Assembly: GCA_028826165.1 (NCBI GenBank)
Contig: JAPDFW010000072.1
Location: 124,001-188,000 of the forward strand
Length of the DNA stretch: 64,000 nt
From: Anaeramoeba ignava BMAN
Taxonomy: Eukaryota; Protista; Anaeramoebae
Reading direction: 5' to 3'
Made by a program: the position numbers and the translations under genes
Part shown: in pieces, positions 39,689 through 52,800 of the stretch
How positions within the stretch are numbered: the stretch's first letter is position 1
Layout: the number at the start of each line of letters is the position of its first letter
The notes under the pieces: model-generated
Database searches by the model: none
What the model was told of the DNA's origin: nothing
What the model saw: the letters and a program-made list of their open reading frames with translations, nothing else

Positions 39689-41474
39689 TTAATTTTGATT
39701 TTGATTATTAAATTTGTTAATTAATAAATCAAATAAATTTGGATTTGTTTGATTTAATTGAAAATAATCAATTCCAATTTGAATTTCATCAATTATTTCT
39801 TGTGTAATTTGAATTTCATCTTTAATTTGATTTGAATAAATCCAATATTCAAATATTTGAAATGATTTATTACTTAATTCACTATAATCTGTAACTTTAT
39901 TTGATTTATCTTCAGTTACAGATAAAAACATTCCTCGATATAATTCACTTCTCATTATTAATATTAATTTTGGAAATTTATATTGTTTTTCTTTTCTTTC
40001 AATTATAAAATCTTTTTCATTTTCATTTTCACTTTCATTTAAATAAATTCTTTTCATTGTTTCTTCAATTTTTTCATTTGAATTTATAATTTCTTTAATT
40101 TCAGAATATAATTTTGGATTTATTATTCTGTTTGAATAAATCATTTCAAATATTTGATTTGATTCTTTAATTGATTTTTTTGAAATAATTTCTTGAAGTT
40201 TTTCAAATTCATTTTGATTTTCATTTTCATTTAATCTATATTTCAATATTAATTTATGAGCTTTGATTATTTCTCCATTTTCGGTTTTAAATGAAATGTC
40301 ACAAAATTCTTTTCTTTTAAATAATTTTATCAAATCTTCTTCAAGATTGGAAAAAGAAGAAAGAAAAGGAGAATAATAAATAAATGAACTTTCTTCTCCA
40401 CAATAAACATGATAATTAGAAATATCTTCATTAAATCTTAATTTAGGAAGTTCAATTTGAATAGGAGTTTGTGGAGATTTTGTATCTTCAGTTCCTAATT
40501 TACCAAAAGAATTAGCACCAAATCCGATTAATTTCCCTTTTGTTGTTAAAATCAAATTATGATTACTTCCAACAGAAAAATCAAGAATATTATCATCATT
40601 TTCAAATAAAGATGATTTGATTTCAGTAAATTCATAAACATCATTATTTTTGCCAAGTCCATTAAATGGATTATAACCACATGAATAAAGTTTTCTTTTT
40701 GGATTTTGATTTTGATTTTCATCTTCAATCAACATTACTGAATGAAAAAATCCAAATTGAATATCAATTATTTTGCCTTTTGGAATATTTTGGATTTTGG
40801 TTAATTTTTGGATTTGTGTTCCTCTTCTTAATTTTCCTAATCCAAGTTGACCTTCAGAATTGTTTCCAGATCCAAATAATTCTTGATTTGAATTTAAAAG
40901 GATAACGCATTTTGTGTTATTTCCTGAAAATATTTTAGAAACATTTTTCATCATTAAAATTGGTTTTTCTGTTTTTCGAAGTTTTCCACAATCAAGACCA
41001 AGTTCACTATAAGAATTTGAACCAATTCCATAAGCATTTTGATTTGAAGTTAATAAATAAACTGATTCCCTTGCACAAATAATATCTTTAATTATTCTAT
41101 CATTTGTATCTTCAATTAATGATGAAATATTGATAAATTCTTTTGGATTATTTGGATTAAATATCTGTTCCTTTAGCAAATACATTTCCTTCTATTGTTA
41201 AAATAGCTTCGTTTTGCAAACCAACAGTTACTTTTTGAATATTTTCAATTTGGATTTTTGAAGGATTTTGGTTTGAATATTCTTCTTGTAAGTATTCTAT
41301 TGCTTTTCCATTTTTAAAAAGGAAAATTGTTCCAAAATTTCCTGATGAAATTTGTTTAATTTGTTTTTGATTTTCATTTTCAAATTTAAATTGAGTTGGT
41401 TTTTTTATTGAATCTGGTTCATTTTTAATAAGTTTTGGATTTGAATTTCTTCCAGAAACAAAAATATCATTCAT
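39689..41474 (-). CDS. RCC1-repeat + BTB protein, tandem copy 2 (frameshift near 41165)
   Basis: Same architecture, with complete C-terminus IDYFQLNQTNPNLFDLLINKF. Confidence 0.85.
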
Positions 41475-41626
41475 TTTGAAAAGAAAAAAATGAAAAAATG
41501 AAAAATGAAAAATGATTTTTAATTTTAATTTTGATTTTAATTTTAATTTTAATTTTAATTTTAATTTTAATTTTAATTTTAATTTTAATTTTAATTTTAA
41601 TTTTAATTTTAATTTTAATTTTAATT

Positions 41627-43417
41627 TTAATTTTGATTATTAAATTTGTTAATTAATAAATCAAATAAATTTGGATATGTTTGATTTAATTGAAAATAAT
41701 CAATTCCTATTTGAATTTCATCAATAATTTCTTGTGTAATTTGAATTTCATCTTTAATTTGATTTGAATAAATCCAATATTCAAATATTTGAAATGATTT
41801 ATTACTTAATTCACTATAATCTGTAACTTTATTAGATTTATCTTCTGTAACAGATAAAAACATTCCTCGATATAATTCACTTCTCATTATTAATATTAAT
41901 TTTAGGAAATTTATATTGTTTTTCTTTTCTTTCAATAATAAAATCTTTTTCATTTTCATTTTCATTTAAATAAATTCTTTTTATTGTTTCTTCAATCATT
42001 TCATTTGAATTTATAATTTCTTTAATTTCTGAATATAATTTTGGATTTATTTTGGAATTGTTTGAATAAATCATTTCAAATATCTGATTTGATTCTTTAA
42101 TTGATTTTTTTGAAATAATTTCTTGAAGTTTTTCAAATTTTGATTTTGATTTTCATTTAATCTATATTTCAATATTAATTTATGAGCTTCAATTATTTCT
42201 CCATTTTCGGTTTTAAATGAAATATCACAAAATTCTTTTCTTCTAAATAATTTTATCAAATCTTCTTCAAGATTGGAAAAAGAAGAAAGAAAAGGAGAAT
42301 AATAAATAAATGATTTTTCATATCCACAAGAAATATGGTAATTAGAAATATCTTCATTAAATCTTAATTCAGGAAGTTCAATTTGAATTGGGATTGATTG
42401 ATCATTTGTATCTCCAGTTCCTAATTGACCATAATAATTATTTCCAAATACTATTAGTTTCGTATTGGAAGTTAAAACCAAAGTATGTTGATATCCAACA
42501 GAAAAATCAAGAATATTATTATCATTTTCAAATAAAGATGATTTGATTTCGGTAAGTTCATCAATATCTCCATTTTTGCCAAGTCCATTATATTCATATC
42601 TTCCACATGAATAAAGTTTTCTTTTTGGGTTTTGATTTTCATTTTCATTCTCAATCAGCATTATTGAATGATATCTTCCACATTGAATATCAATTATTTT
42701 GCCTTTTGGAATATTTTGGATTTTAGTTAATTTTTTGATTTTTAGTTTTTTTCTTTTTGATTTTCCTAATCCAAGTTGACCATAATAATTATTTCCGCAT
42801 CCAAATAATTCTTGATTTGAATTTAAAAGAAAAACAGAATATGAAGAATTTCCTGAAAATATTTTAGAAACATTTTTCATCATTAAAATTGGTTTTTCTG
42901 TTTCTTTAAGTGTTTCAGTATCAAAACCAAGTTGACCCCAATGATTAGAACCAATTCCATAAGCATTTTGATTTGAAGTTAATAAGTAAATTGAAAATCT
43001 TGAACAAACAACATCTTGAATTATTCTATCATTTTTATCTTCAATTAATGATGAAATATTGATAAATTCATTTGGATTATTTGGATTAATATCTTTTCCT
43101 TTGGCAAATACATTTCCTTCTATTGTTAAAATAGCTTCATTTCGATAACCAACAGTTACTTTTTGAATATTTTCTTCAATTTGGATTTTTGAAGGATTTT
43201 GTTTTGAATCTTCTTGATTTAAATATTCTATTGCTTTTCCATTTTTAAAAAGGAGAATTGTTCCAAAATTTCCTGATGAAATTTGTTTAATTTGTTTTTC
43301 ATTTTCATTTTCATTTTCATTTTCAAATTTAAATTGAATTGGTTTTTTTATTTCATCTGGTTCATTTTTGAAAAGAATTGGATATTGATTTGAACCAAAA
43401 AATATAATTTCATTCAT
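41627..43417 (-). CDS. RCC1-repeat + BTB protein, tandem copy 3 (frameshifts near 42140 and 41900)
   Basis: Same architecture across ORFs 42071-43417, 41877-42074 and 41627-41965. Confidence 0.85.
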
Positions 43418-43493
43418 TTTTGAAAAGAAAAAAATGAAAAAAATATTTTTGGATTTTTTTAATTTTTGATTTTTAAATTTTCTTTCTTAAAAT

Positions 43494-46400
43494 TTATTTG
43501 AGAATTTTAATTTTTGGACCTCTTTTTTTAAGTTGTTTTTTTCTTTCTTTTTCTGCATATTTTCTTTGTTTTTCATCACTCATTTTACTTATTCTTTCTT
43601 CTTCTTCAATTCTCTTTTTAGCTTTTTCTTCCAAAATTTTTTCTTCTTGTGCTTCTTGTTCAATTTTTTTAATTTTTTTATTTTCTAAGTCTCTAATTTT
43701 CTTTGCTTTTTGTGCTTGAGAAACAGTTAATTTGAAGGTAGAAATTGTATCAATAAATATGAACATAAATTCCATTAATTCTTCCATTTTATTCATTTCA
43801 TTTTTTGGAGGAATATTGAAAATAAATCGGACATTTTTTTGACTAATTTTTATAATTTATTTTATAATTTTTTATTAAATTTATTTTTAATTTTATTTTT
43901 AATTTTATAATTTATTTCTAAATTCATTTTTAAATTTATTTCTAAATTTATTTCTAAATTCATTTCTAAATTTATTTCTAAATTTATTTTTAAATTTATT
44001 TGTAAATTTATTTCTAAATTTATTTCTAAATTTATTTTTAAATTTATTTCTAAATTTGTTTCTAAATTTGTTCTAAATTTGTTCTATAATTTATTTGTAA
44101 ATTCATTTTTAAATTTATTTTATAATTTATTTTTAAATTTATTTGTAAATTTATTTCTAAATTTATTTTTAAATTTATTTGTAAATTTATTTCTATAATT
44201 TATTTGTAAATTCATTTTTTAAATTTATTTCTAAATTCATTTTTAAATTTATTTTATAATTTATTTTTAAATTTATTTGTAAATTCATTTCTAAATTTAT
44301 TTGTAAATTTATTTTTAAATTTATTTTTAAAATTTATTTTAAATTTATTTTTAAATTTATTTTAAATTTATTTCTAAATTTATTTTTAAATTTATTTTAT
44401 AATTTATTTTTAAATTTATTTTTAATTTTATTTCTAAATTTATTTTTAAATTTATTTTTAATTTTATTTCTAAATTTATTTTTAAATTTATTTTTAAATT
44501 CATTTCTAAATTTATTTTTAAATTTATTTTTAAATTCGTTTTTAAATTTAGTTTTAAATTTATTTCTAAATTTATCGAGTTATTTTTAAATTTATTTTTA
44601 ATTTATTTTATAATTTATTTATGGAGTTATTTCTAAATTTTTAAATTCATTTTTAAATTTATTTCTAAATTTATTTCTAAATTTATTTTTAAATTTATTT
44701 CTAAATTTATTTTTAAATTTATTTCTAAATTTGTTTTATAATTTATTTGTAAATTTATTTTTAAATTTATTTCTAAATTTATTTTTAAATTTATTTCTAA
44801 ATTTGTTTCTAAATTTATTTTTAAATTTATTTCTAAATTCATTTTATAATTTATTTTTAAATTTATTTTTATAATTTATTTCTAAATTTATTTCTAAATT
44901 CATTTCTAAATTTATTTTTAAATTTATTTCTAAATTTATTTCTAAATTTATTTTTAAATTTATTTCTAAATTCATTTTTAAATTTATTTTTAAATTTATT
45001 CATTTCTAAATTTATTTTAAATTTATTTTTCTATAATTTAGTTCTATAATTTATTTCTAAATTTATTTCTAAATTCATTTTTATAATTTATTTCTAAATT
45101 TATTTCTAAATTCATTTTTATAATTTATTTTTAAATTTATTTCTAAATTCATTTTTATAATTTATTTTTAAATTTATTTTTAAATTTATATTTCTAAATT
45201 TATTTTATAATTTATTTTTAAATTTATTTTAAATTTATTTGTAAATTTATTTGTAAATTTATTTTTAAATTTATTTTTAAATTTATTTTTAAATTTATTT
45301 GTAAATTTATTTTTAAATTTATTTGTAAATTTTTAAATTTATTTGTAAATTTATTTTTAAATTTATTTGTAAATTTATTTTTAAATTTATTTTTATAATT
45401 TATTTTTAAATTCATTTTTAAATTTATTTTTATAATTTATTTCTAAATTTATTTTTATAATTTATTTATAATTTATTTATAATTTATTTATAATTTATTT
45501 CTAAATTCATTTTTATAATTTATTTATAAATTTATTTCTAAATTTATTTTATAATTTATTTATAGAGTTATTTCTAAATTTCTAGAGTTATTTCTAAATT
45601 TTTAAATTCATTTTTAAATTTATTTCTAAATTTATTTTTATAATTTATTTCTAAATTCATTTCTAAATTTTTAAATTCATTTCTAAATTTCTAGAGTTAT
45701 TTCTAAATTTTTAAATTCATTTCTAAATTTATTTTATAATTTAGTTTTAATGTTTTACAATTTGTTAAAAATGTTTCGATCTGAAATATGAATAGAAACA
45801 AAAAATTCTTTATTTTTATTTAAGAATTCAAGAATTTTTGGAGTAATAATTTTATCAACAATTCCAGAAAAAGGAGTTGATATCGCAAAATTAGCAGGAG
45901 GATCTGAATAAAGATCTGTATAAGTTGTCTATATTTTATTGTTTATTATTTTATATATATTTTTTTTAAGTAAATTTTTTAATAAAAATAAAGTTAGTTA
46001 AATCACAAACAAGATCAGAACAATTTCTTCTCATTTTTGACATTTCGGTTTTTTTAGAAATTGCAAAAACAATAGGATCTAAATTTTTGATTGCAAAATC
46101 AATAGTAATAGTATCTTTAGTATCAAGTAAAAAATTATCGACTAAAAAGAAAATAATATCTTGACGTTTTTGAAGCTAATTTTAAATATAAAAAAATTTT
46201 TCGAATTAATTTTAATTGAAACAATCTCAAAAAAATATTTAAAATAAATCGAATAAATGAAAATATTACTTGAAATGTAAAAAGAGCAGAATGGATATTT
46301 ATTCTTCCCGTACAATAAAGCTGGAACTCATGGTAACCATTCTTAACAAAACCAGTTGTTTCATCAGGTCCAATTTGAGCAAATTGACGTGTTAATAAAG

Positions 46401-46851
46401 GATAAAAAACTTCTCCAAATTTAAGAGTTATTTGCTTATTTTTTTCAATTCCAATATAGCAAAAACCAGCATAAAGCACTAATAATACAATCATTGAAAA
46501 ATCAAAAGGTCCAAATTTTGGTTTAACGTTTATATATTTTTTCTCTTCTTTTTTTGGAGTTTTTTTTTTTGTTTGTTTTTCATTTGAACTTAAATCTTCA
46601 AAATCTGTCAAATCTGTATCTGAAAAATTATCAGTATCATCAATAGGAGCATCAGAAAAATCATCAGTATCATCAAATTGCTGAAAGTTTATAAATTAAA
46701 TTTTTTAATTTTTAATTTTAATTTTATTTTAATTTTTTAATTTTTATTTTTAATTTTAAATTTTTATTTTTTAATTTTTTACTTCTAAACTAACAGAACA
46801 AATAGTAGAAATGAATAGTAAAGAAAATATTATAATATAAAAATAATTCAT
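43494..46851 (-). CDS. CCDC47: PAT complex subunit CCDC47 (DUF1682), multi-exon
   Basis: Signal peptide MNYFYIIIFSLLFISTICSVS, acidic segment, one TM helix, YIGIEKNKQI, EFQLYCTGR, and a basic C-terminal coiled coil ending QRKYAEKERKKQLKKRGPKIK. Confidence 0.8.
43845..45755. repeat. 12-bp-unit minisatellite (TAAATTTATTTT/C variants) filling a 1.9-kb CCDC47 intron
   Basis: Regular 12-nt periodicity between the last two exons. Confidence 0.9.
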
Positions 46852-46958
46852 TTTAGAAAGAGAAAAATGAAAAAAATTAAATTCAAAAAAAATTTTTTTT
46901 TATTAAATTCTTACAAAAAAAAAGAAAAAAAAAAAGAAATTTCAAAAGAAAATTAAAA

Positions 46959-49719
46959 CTAATTTTGAAAAAAATCAAAAGGAGTTTGATTTAGATTCAT
47001 TTCATTTTCTAAAATGGAATCATCTTCATTAATTTTTTTTTCATCTTTTGAATCATTTTTTAAATCATTTTTTAAATCATTTTTTTCAAATTGAAAATCT
47101 GATTCTAATTTTTGTTTTGGAAGAGAATTTTGGTCAATAAGATCACTTCTTAATGGAATATGAGAAATCACAGGAGTTTGAAACAAATGAAAATCTGATT
47201 GGCCATCTGAATATATTTCATTCCCAAAATTCTCATTCTCACTATCTTCTATTAAATCATGTTGATTTGGATTTAAAAGAGAATCCGGCAAAATTGGATC
47301 ATTAGTTTCAATTAGATTACTATCAAAGGGGCTTTCTCCATGAAGCTGGTAATTCTCTTGGTAATTCATTGTTGGTTGGTCATCCACGATGGAGTCAATA
47401 AATCCCCTTTGCTGATCATAATAAAGATCTGCTGAATTTTCATTTGAAGAATCGACTGATTGATTTTCAGTATTTTTTAAATATAAAAGTTTCGAATTTG
47501 GATCAAAAAGGAACTTTTTCCCAATCGAGTTTTTGGATATCAAAAACCTTCCAAACTGTGCAAAAGCGCTATGTCTTCCGTTTGGATGATAAACATTTGC
47601 ATAACAAGAATAAATTTCAGGATGAATTTTTCTAGCAAAACCAATCACTTCTTTTCTTGTTGCTGGGCGCCCAATATATTTCAATGTTTCCACAACATAG
47701 AACCATCCTGGCTGTCTATTCGGGCAATTTTTCACGAGTAATTCTTGCAGTTTTTGCTTGTAAGTTTTGTTGTTATTTTGCTGTTGAAAATATTCTTCTA
47801 AATTATTGATCTCCCATTCTTGAAGATAATAAAGATGATAATGTTTATCATAACGAACCACTGATGATCTCTTGCTATGCAGAAGAAAACTTCCAAATGG
47901 ATGATGTGCCTTTTTTTCTCCGTATGCTTCTACATAGCATTCCCATAATTTATTGTTTTTTTCTTTTGCTTTTTGTAGTATTTCTGATCGTGTTGATGGT
48001 TTTCCTAATTCTTTTAATGCTTCACTTGCATATTCCCATCCTTTTTTCCTATTAGGTAGCTTTTTTGTTAATATTTGTGTTATTTTAGATGGTCCTCCTT
48101 TTACTTCAGATAAATCTTGTGATTCAATCCATTTTTCTGCTGCTTTTTTCATTTTTTCTTTTTTGAGTCGTTCTTTTTTTGCTTCTTTTTCTGCTTGAAT
48201 TCTATATTCTTCATTAACTTCATTTTCATTTTCATTTTCATTTTGAATTTGATTTTGATTTTCATTTTGAATATTTTGAAGTTGAATTTGATTTAAATTT
48301 TGAATTTCATTTTGAATTTCATTTTCATTTTGATTTTCATTTTCATTTTGATTTTCATTTTGAATATTTAGATTTTCATTTTCATTTTGAATATTTAGAT
48401 TTTCATTTTCATTGAAATCACTATAAAAATCTAAATCTTCTATTTTAGAATACCATTTAGTTAAACTATAAACTCGTTGTTTTGGATGGAATGTAATTGA
48501 AGAATGATTATGTCTTAAAAGAAAACTACCAAAAATTATATGACCTTGTTTTGTTCCAAAAATTTCTTCATAACATTTCCATAAATCAGGAAACAATTCT
48601 TTAGCCTTTTCTGTAATTTCAGCCCTTGTTGAAGGACGATTAATATTTTCCAGTACAATCTGAGTATATTGATAGCCTGTTAATTTATTACTTCCAATTC
48701 GAGTATTGATAAGCTTTTTTAATCTTTTTCCTGGTGTTTTTTCATCAGGAGATAAATTTTCATTTGATTTTCGTTTTAAATTTCTTGATGTAGATGAATC
48801 AAATAAAGGATTTTCTAGTGATCCAAAAATCAGTTGATTTAATTTGGGATCATCAAAAAAATCTGAATTTTGTTCATAAAATTCCTCATTTTGAAGTGGA
48901 TCTTCTTGATCCTCATTTTTTTCTTGTTCGTTAAAATTTTCCAAATCAATTTCAGGATTTAAATTCATATTTTCATCTTTTTCTTGAATATAATTAATTT
49001 CTTCTGGAATTTCAAAATCATTTTTAGTTAAATATAATTGATTATTTTGATTATTTTCATTTTGATTATTTGGAATAAGTGTAAAAGGTTGTGATGAAAA
49101 ATATCCTTGATTTTGATTTTGATTTTTATTTTGATTTTGAATTATATTTTGATTTTGATTTTGATTTTGATTTTGATTTTGATTTTGATTTTGATTTTGA
49201 TTTTGATTTTGATTTTGATTTTGATTTTGATTTTGATTTTGATTTTGATTTTGATTTTGAATTATATTTTGATTTTGATTTTGATTTTTATTTTGATTTT
49301 GATTTTGATTTTGATTTTGATTTTGATTTTGATTTTGATTTTGATTTTGATTTTGATTTTGATTTTGATTTTGATTTTGATTTTGATTTTGATTTTGGTT
49401 TTGGTTTTGAATTTGATTTTGATTTTGATTTTCTTGGTTTTGAAATGGTATTTGATAAGTTAATTTTCCTCTTTGTGGGTTATTTGAAAAATTATTATTG
49501 TTTTCAACTGAATAAGGAAATTTAAATTCAAAATTTCTTTCTTGATTAAAAATTGGTGAAAATGAATCTAATAGTGAATTTTGTAGTTGTGATGAATATT
49601 GATTTGAATAATTGGAAATTGAAGGGATATGAAGAATATTTGGAATAGAATTTTTTTGGGTTTTTAAATTATTATTTTCATTTTCATTTGTGTTTTAAAT
49701 TTAAATTATTATTATTCAT
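46959..49719 (-). CDS. Uncharacterised protein with three copies of a approx. 70-aa helical (winged-helix-like) domain and Q/N-rich linkers
   Basis: ORF 46959-48968 has 3 repeats of G(Y/W)xY...L..IGRP(S/A)TR.E(I/V)...A......W.CY...(Y/F)...FG.FL(L/I). Coding-like sequence continues upstream through a (QN)n tract to approx. 49719; the start is uncertain. Confidence 0.65.
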
Positions 49720-49808
49720 TTAATTCAAAAAAACAAAAAAAAATTAAGAAAAGAAAAGAAAAAAATGAAAAAAAAATGATTTCATTTTTCTTCTTTTAAA
49801 AAAAAAAA

Positions 49809-52800
49809 ATGAATCAAGATAACCAGTAAAATTAAAATTAAAATTAAAATTAAAATTCATTTATAAAATTAAAATTAAAATTCATTTATAAAATTATAAA
49901 TTAAAAGAAAATTCTTAAATCTTATTTATTTTTTATCATTTATTTTCTTAATTTAATTAAAAACAAAAAGACAAAATTTTCAACTAGACAATAAAGATAC
50001 TTCAAAAATAGCAAAAATATTAATTAATTTTAGGAAAGAAAATGAAACAGAAAAACAAAGTAAATCAAATTTCATTTTTAAAAAACAAAATTCATTTTTT
50101 TTTTCTTTTTTTAACAAAAATAAAAATAATAAATTTAAAAAGAACTTGATCCAAAAAGCAAAGATGAATTTGTTATTGAAACTTTAGTTTTATTTTTGGA
50201 TTTATTTTCTAAAATTGAAGATATCATTGAAAATTCTCTTTTTCTTTTACAAAAACTTATTATAACTGAAAACGGTAAAGAGAAAATGTTTTTTGTTTTT
50301 CTTTTTTTAATTTGAATTAATTTAAATCAAATTAGAAAATCAAAAAGAAAACCAAACTTTAAAAGGAATTGATTTAATATTGAAATCAATGATTAATTTT
50401 CCTGATAATAAAGAAATTCAAAGACAAGCTTGTTCTCTTTTAAGTGTTCTTTCTTTAGATGAACGTACAAAAAAATTAATCAAATCAATGAAATCCAAAA
50501 CAAAAATCAAATAAAACAAAAATAAAATAAAATTATTTTTAATCAATTAGAAAACAAAATTGAAATCAAAAATTTGAATGGAGTTGAATTGATCCAAAAA
50601 GTGATTTCAAAATTTCCTGATGATCAAATTCTTATAAATTCTGCATCTAAAACATTATCTAATATTTCCATTGATAATTCAAGTAAAATCATTTTAATTC
50701 AAAAACCATTTTAATTCAAATTTAAATTTTGAAAAAAAAATTAAGAGGAAAAAAAAGAACTAGAAAGTTTGAAAAAAGAATATGAAACATCTCAAACCGT
50801 ATTTCATTTTCCAAAAATTCAAACCAAAAAAAAAAAAAAAGAATCAACAATTTATTCATCTTCCCAAATTTATATCATTTTTTTTCTACTTTTACTTCTT
50901 TTTTATTTAATTCATTTTCTCAACAATTTAGAAGAAGATGTTTGTTTTTTATTTTTTTACAAATTCCAAATTTTCATATTTAATATTTTAATATTTAAAT
51001 AGAAAGGATCTTTGATACATTTTTTAGCAACTAAACAACCTATTAATTTTGGTCTTCTAAAGAATTTATCAGAAGATAGTCAGGTTTTAAATCAGCAAGA
51101 TGTATTGCTTTGATTAAATCTATTTCAAAATCCAAAATCTTATTAAATATTTATTTTCATTAATAAAATAAATAGGATGTAAAAAATGAAAAAATTAAAA
51201 CAACTTTTTAAAATTTAATCAACTTGATTTTGCTTAAAAATATTAAATAGGGTGTAAAAAAATAATTTCCCAATTTTAATCATTTTCAAAATTTATGAAA
51301 AACTCTTGTTTAGGATGTAAATATTTTTATTTTTATTTTTATTTTTATTATTACTAAATGAGGTTTAATATTTGAAATTGGAAATTGTTGTTCTATTCAA
51401 AAAAAAAGTGGTCTCCAGTTCATTACTTATGCCAAAATGAATCAATCACATTTGAAATTATTGATTTTTTGGTTAAGAAAGGAGCAAATTTTAATTTAAG
51501 TGGAGTAAATATTTTTTTAATTGATTTCAAATTGATTAATTTATTCATTTTCTTTTCTCAATATTTTTAATAATAGAGAGTAATAATTTCTCTAATAAAT
51601 AAAATGATTATCCATTTTTTTTTTAATTAGTATTTAAATAAATTAATAAATTAGGTTGTAAATTTTCTTTGTGAAAATAAAGTTTTGATCTTGTTTTGGG
51701 AAAAATTATATATATATATATATATTTATATATTTAAAAACATCTAGCAAGTAAAATATCAAAGAATAATACATCATTTTTTTTTTACATTCATTATTGG
51801 AATTATTTTTGGAAATGATCATTTTAAACAATTTTAGAAAGTAAAAAAATTTGAAAAAATTTCTCAAAACATTTTATTTTTTCAAAATTCTCAAAAAAAA
51901 AACCAAATTTAGAAAGTAAAAAATTGTTAATTTCCTTTCCAAAAAATAAAGTGATTAAAAATAATATTTTCTTTGAAAAAAATAGTATGTAAAATATAGA
52001 AAAGAAAACAATATTATATTATAGAATAATAAATTTTATATTAAAAGTAACAATCCTAAATCTATTTTTTTTCAAATCAAAATAGTTTGTAAAATTTTCA
52101 TTTCTTTTCCAAATTTAATATATTTTTTTTTCATTCATATTCCTTTTTAAAATTTTTTTTTATTATTATTTAAAAATCAGGATGTAAAAACATTTTGAAT
52201 TAATTTAAATTTATGGATAAAAGATTTAACAAACAAAAAATTAGACTGTAAAAAAACATTTCTTTTTTTTTAATTTTTTTGCAAGAAATTTAATAAAGAA
52301 AATGATCATTTGAAAAAAAACAAAGTTTGTAAAAAAGATTTCCTTTAATTATTTCCACAAATTATTAATTGTTAATTTTTTTATAATAATAAAATAAATT
52401 ACTCCAAAAAAAAAAAGGATGTAAAGAAATAAAAATTTTTAATTTTTCAATGAAATTAATTCCTTTTTCTTAAAAAAAAAAAAGTGGACACCATTACATG
52501 AATTATGTAAAAACAAATCAATTACAGTAGAAATGATTCAATTATTAGTAAATAATGGGGCTGATTTTCATATTCAATCTGTACTTTAAATATAAATCCA
52601 TAATATATATTTTTGAGATTAAATTTTTACAAATCAAATTTCTTTTCTATTCTTTTTAATAGTCAGTAAATTATAATTTTATTTTTTGTTATTTTTGTTC
52701 TGAAAATTTTTCTAAATTGATATGGAATAGATGGTGAATAAAATAAATTAAATCAAATTTAAATTCAATTAAATCAAATTTTCAATTATTTATTAGAAAG

